Positions 53,017-55,378 of a DNA stretch of 55,378 nucleotides are shown here, one piece after another. The notes below the pieces were generated by a model that searched no databases, was not told where the DNA came from, and worked only from the letters and a program-made list of their open reading frames with translations. The position numbers and the translations under genes are program-made. Source of the DNA: Proteromonas lacertae (taxonomy: Eukaryota); NCBI GenBank assembly GCA_002245135.1, contig NGBS01000303.1, forward strand, positions 124,001 through 179,378, in the 5' to 3' direction. Numbering within the stretch: position 1 is the first letter of the stretch; every line of letters starts with the position of its first letter.

Positions 53017-54624
53017 ATGTTTCACATCTATATTGTCATATTTATTTTGTTTCTCTCCTTCAAAAAAGTCAATTCGTTAAGGTTGAGTGGTAAAATAGTC
53101 ACTCAAGACAGCTGGTATGTTGTAACGAGGTATTGTTTCAAAAGTTATCCAAATATATATGATTCTATTGTATACTCATTTTCTAAATGGTCTGCACCTT
53201 ACCTTAACAACCTATTCTTATTTAACACCTCCGTTACATTAGATGATATACTGACTTCCCCTCTATCATGTTATGATAAAATGGAGTTATCTTGGGTATA
53301 TATTATAAAATATTGTTATAAAAATAGACATACTCCAGACATGACAAATACAAAGTAACACCATTTCCTTTATATATGAGATCTGGTGAAGTGCAATGTT
53401 TTTTCATAGTAATTGGCAATTGTAATACATCATCACAAAGTAGTATGAGTCAAAGAGACATAGATACAGAGTATTTGTTTCTATTAAGAAATGGTAAGAA
53501 TGAATGGGATTATGAGTTATCCTATGATGAACGAGGAATGTTGATATTTTCGATATTATTCTTTTTAATCGAAATATTTCTAACATTTGGAAGTTTTATG
53601 ATAAGTAATAATTTAAGAAGAATCGAAAAATATCATCCAACCGTAAAAATCTTAAACTATTCAATCTACATACAAGATTGTAGTTGTTTATTTTTACTGT
53701 TATATTATTTATTTTACAGTGATTCAGGAAAGATATTTCCATTATTACGATTATTTTCATCATTGTTTTATACAATGAGTGAGAGTTTAATAATTCTATT
53801 ATTTATCTTAATTGGTAAAGGTTGGACAATAATTCGTCGAAAAATCAGTCGAAATGGTCGAGTTCGAATCTCTGTTTATTACAGTATCTATTTAGGAATA
53901 TCTATGGTTTCAATCCTATATCGAGAAATAATGAATAAACCATATAATAATAATATATTCTATTATACTCTTCCTGGTTACTTTTTGATGGTATTAAAAT
54001 TTGTTGTAATAATTTGGTATATATATTCGATATTTACAACCTTTCGTCAAAGTCCTCGAAAACATCATTTTTATTACAAATTTATCAGTTTATGTATGTT
54101 ATATTCCTATTGAATATAATCTTTGTATTATCAATTGATAAAAGTTCTGAGATGAATCGATTTTTATATTATTATATAAGTCATTTTGTATTATTATTTT
54201 CAATCCAATTTGTGATGTTATTATTATATAATCCAAATACTCACTGCAACAGTTCATTTCCATTTCATCAACGACTTCATGAAACGTGTGATACAAATAT
54301 AATAGTCAATTTGGTAAAGCTAGTAATATATAATTAACATAAAAATAAATATATGTTAATATATATTAAATAGATATAATAACTGATTTAACTAAAGAAC
54401 TCAATCGACAATTTACATTATTAAAAGATGTTTCAAAGGATGTTAGAAAATGTTTAGGTGAGAATTTGCAAAGTCTTCGTTCTTGTATAATTATAGAAGA
54501 TGAAATTACTAATGAAGTAACTCCAATATTGAATGGAAATAGTGAAAGTAATTATATTGATGGTAGTGTTGATGTGAGAAGAACACCATTTCCTAGTCCT
54601 GAATCACATATTTTTGTTTTATAA
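53017..54624 (+). CDS. TMEM145: TMEM145/GPR180 (GOST-type 7TM) protein, copy 1
   Basis: Signal peptide, then LSGKI...WYVVTRYCF, FFIVIGNC, LSYDE, HPTVK, IGKGWTIIRRKISRNGR, PGY and FPFH. Frame breaks at ~54104 and ~54300 relative to copy 2. Confidence 0.8.
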
Positions 54625-55378
54625 TGCGAATGGTAAATAATAGTTGAGAAATTAAAATTTATATTTATTTAATACCTTTCAATTCTTTCTTTCATCTACA
54701 AATATATATATCAACAAAAATACCAGAGTATTAATTTTAATATTTCTTTAAAAAATCATCAACAAAAATAATAATTTTAACAATAAATATAAAACAAAAA
54801 ATTAAGCTAATTTACTGAGTTGAATTATCATTTTCATCTTCTGATATTCTGTTATTACTAACAGTCATAAGATTCTCCATATTGTCTGATATTATCATTG
54901 ATTTCTGTATGGCTATTAAAGTAGCTCCTAATGATTTATTCATATCTTTAGATATATCTTTTAATAATGTAAATTGTCGATTGAGTTCTTTAGTTAAATC
55001 AGTTATTATATCTATTTAATATATATTAACATATATTTATTTTTATGTTATATTATATATATACTAGCTTTACCAATTGAACTATTTATATTTGTATCAC
55101 ACGTTTCATGAAGTCGTTGATGAAATGGAAATGAACTGTTGCAGTGAGTATTTGGATTATATAATAATAACATCACAAATTGGATTGAAAATAATAATAC
55201 AAAATGACTTATATAATAATATAAAAATCGATTCATCTCAGAACTTTTATCAATTGATAATACAAAGATTATATTCAATAGGAAATATAACATACATAAA
55301 CTGATAAATTTGTAATAAAAATGATGTTTTCGAGGACTTTGACGAAAGGTTGTAAATATCGAATATATATACCAAATT
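54011..55378. repeat. Long inverted repeat: arms 54011-54429 and 54956-55378, spacer about 526 nt
   Basis: Direct base comparison. The arms, including an intron, differ only by a few 1-nt indels. The repeat is cut by the window edge. Confidence 0.92.
54812..55378 (-). CDS. TMEM145: TMEM145/GPR180 paralog, copy 2 (3' part; 5' end lies outside the window)
   Basis: Reverse complement of 54011-54429 with an intact frame, then its own tail ISKDMNKSLG...ENDNSTQ and TAA at 54812-54814. Confidence 0.8.

Noticed and set aside
101..55304. Alternative genetic code or stop read-through to explain the fragmented ORFs
   Set aside because: Short GT-AG introns remove almost all in-frame stops, and TAA, TAG and TGA all end genes.

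Overview
Very AT-rich, gene-dense eukaryotic nuclear DNA, read with the standard genetic code. It has many tiny GT-AG introns (about 23-49 nt, mostly GTAT...TAG), so the ORF track splits genes into pieces. Splicing by hand gives about 23 protein-coding genes. I found no rRNA, tRNA, CRISPR array or recognisable transposon. The tiny introns, a mitochondrion-targeted complex I subunit and a mastigoneme/Sig1-type EGF protein point to a Blastocystis/Proteromonas-like stramenopile (inference, not a database result). Conserved genes: TBC Rab-GAP, HECTD4-like E3 ligase, EED, NDUFS8, P5A-ATPase, PTAR1, DDX1, USB1, PDS5, a Rib2-type deaminase, SLC26 and TMEM145. Most unusual: (1) an Hsp110-derived protein without the substrate-binding beta domain but with a coiled coil, Cys-rich membrane segment and Tudor-like C-terminus; (2) a ~2,100-aa protein with three helical-repeat/PH modules; (3) a double-unit mastigoneme-like protein; (4) two tandem surface proteins built from an unfamiliar amphipathic repeat; (5) a tail-to-tail TMEM145 pair with near-identical arms and divergent tails; (6) a BTB-Ig-SPRY gene followed by a relic of its own 5' region; (7) a textbook E2F site before PDS5. 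About a dozen frameshifts, nearly all at short homopolymers, are most likely assembly errors. I found no convincing new multi-gene system.
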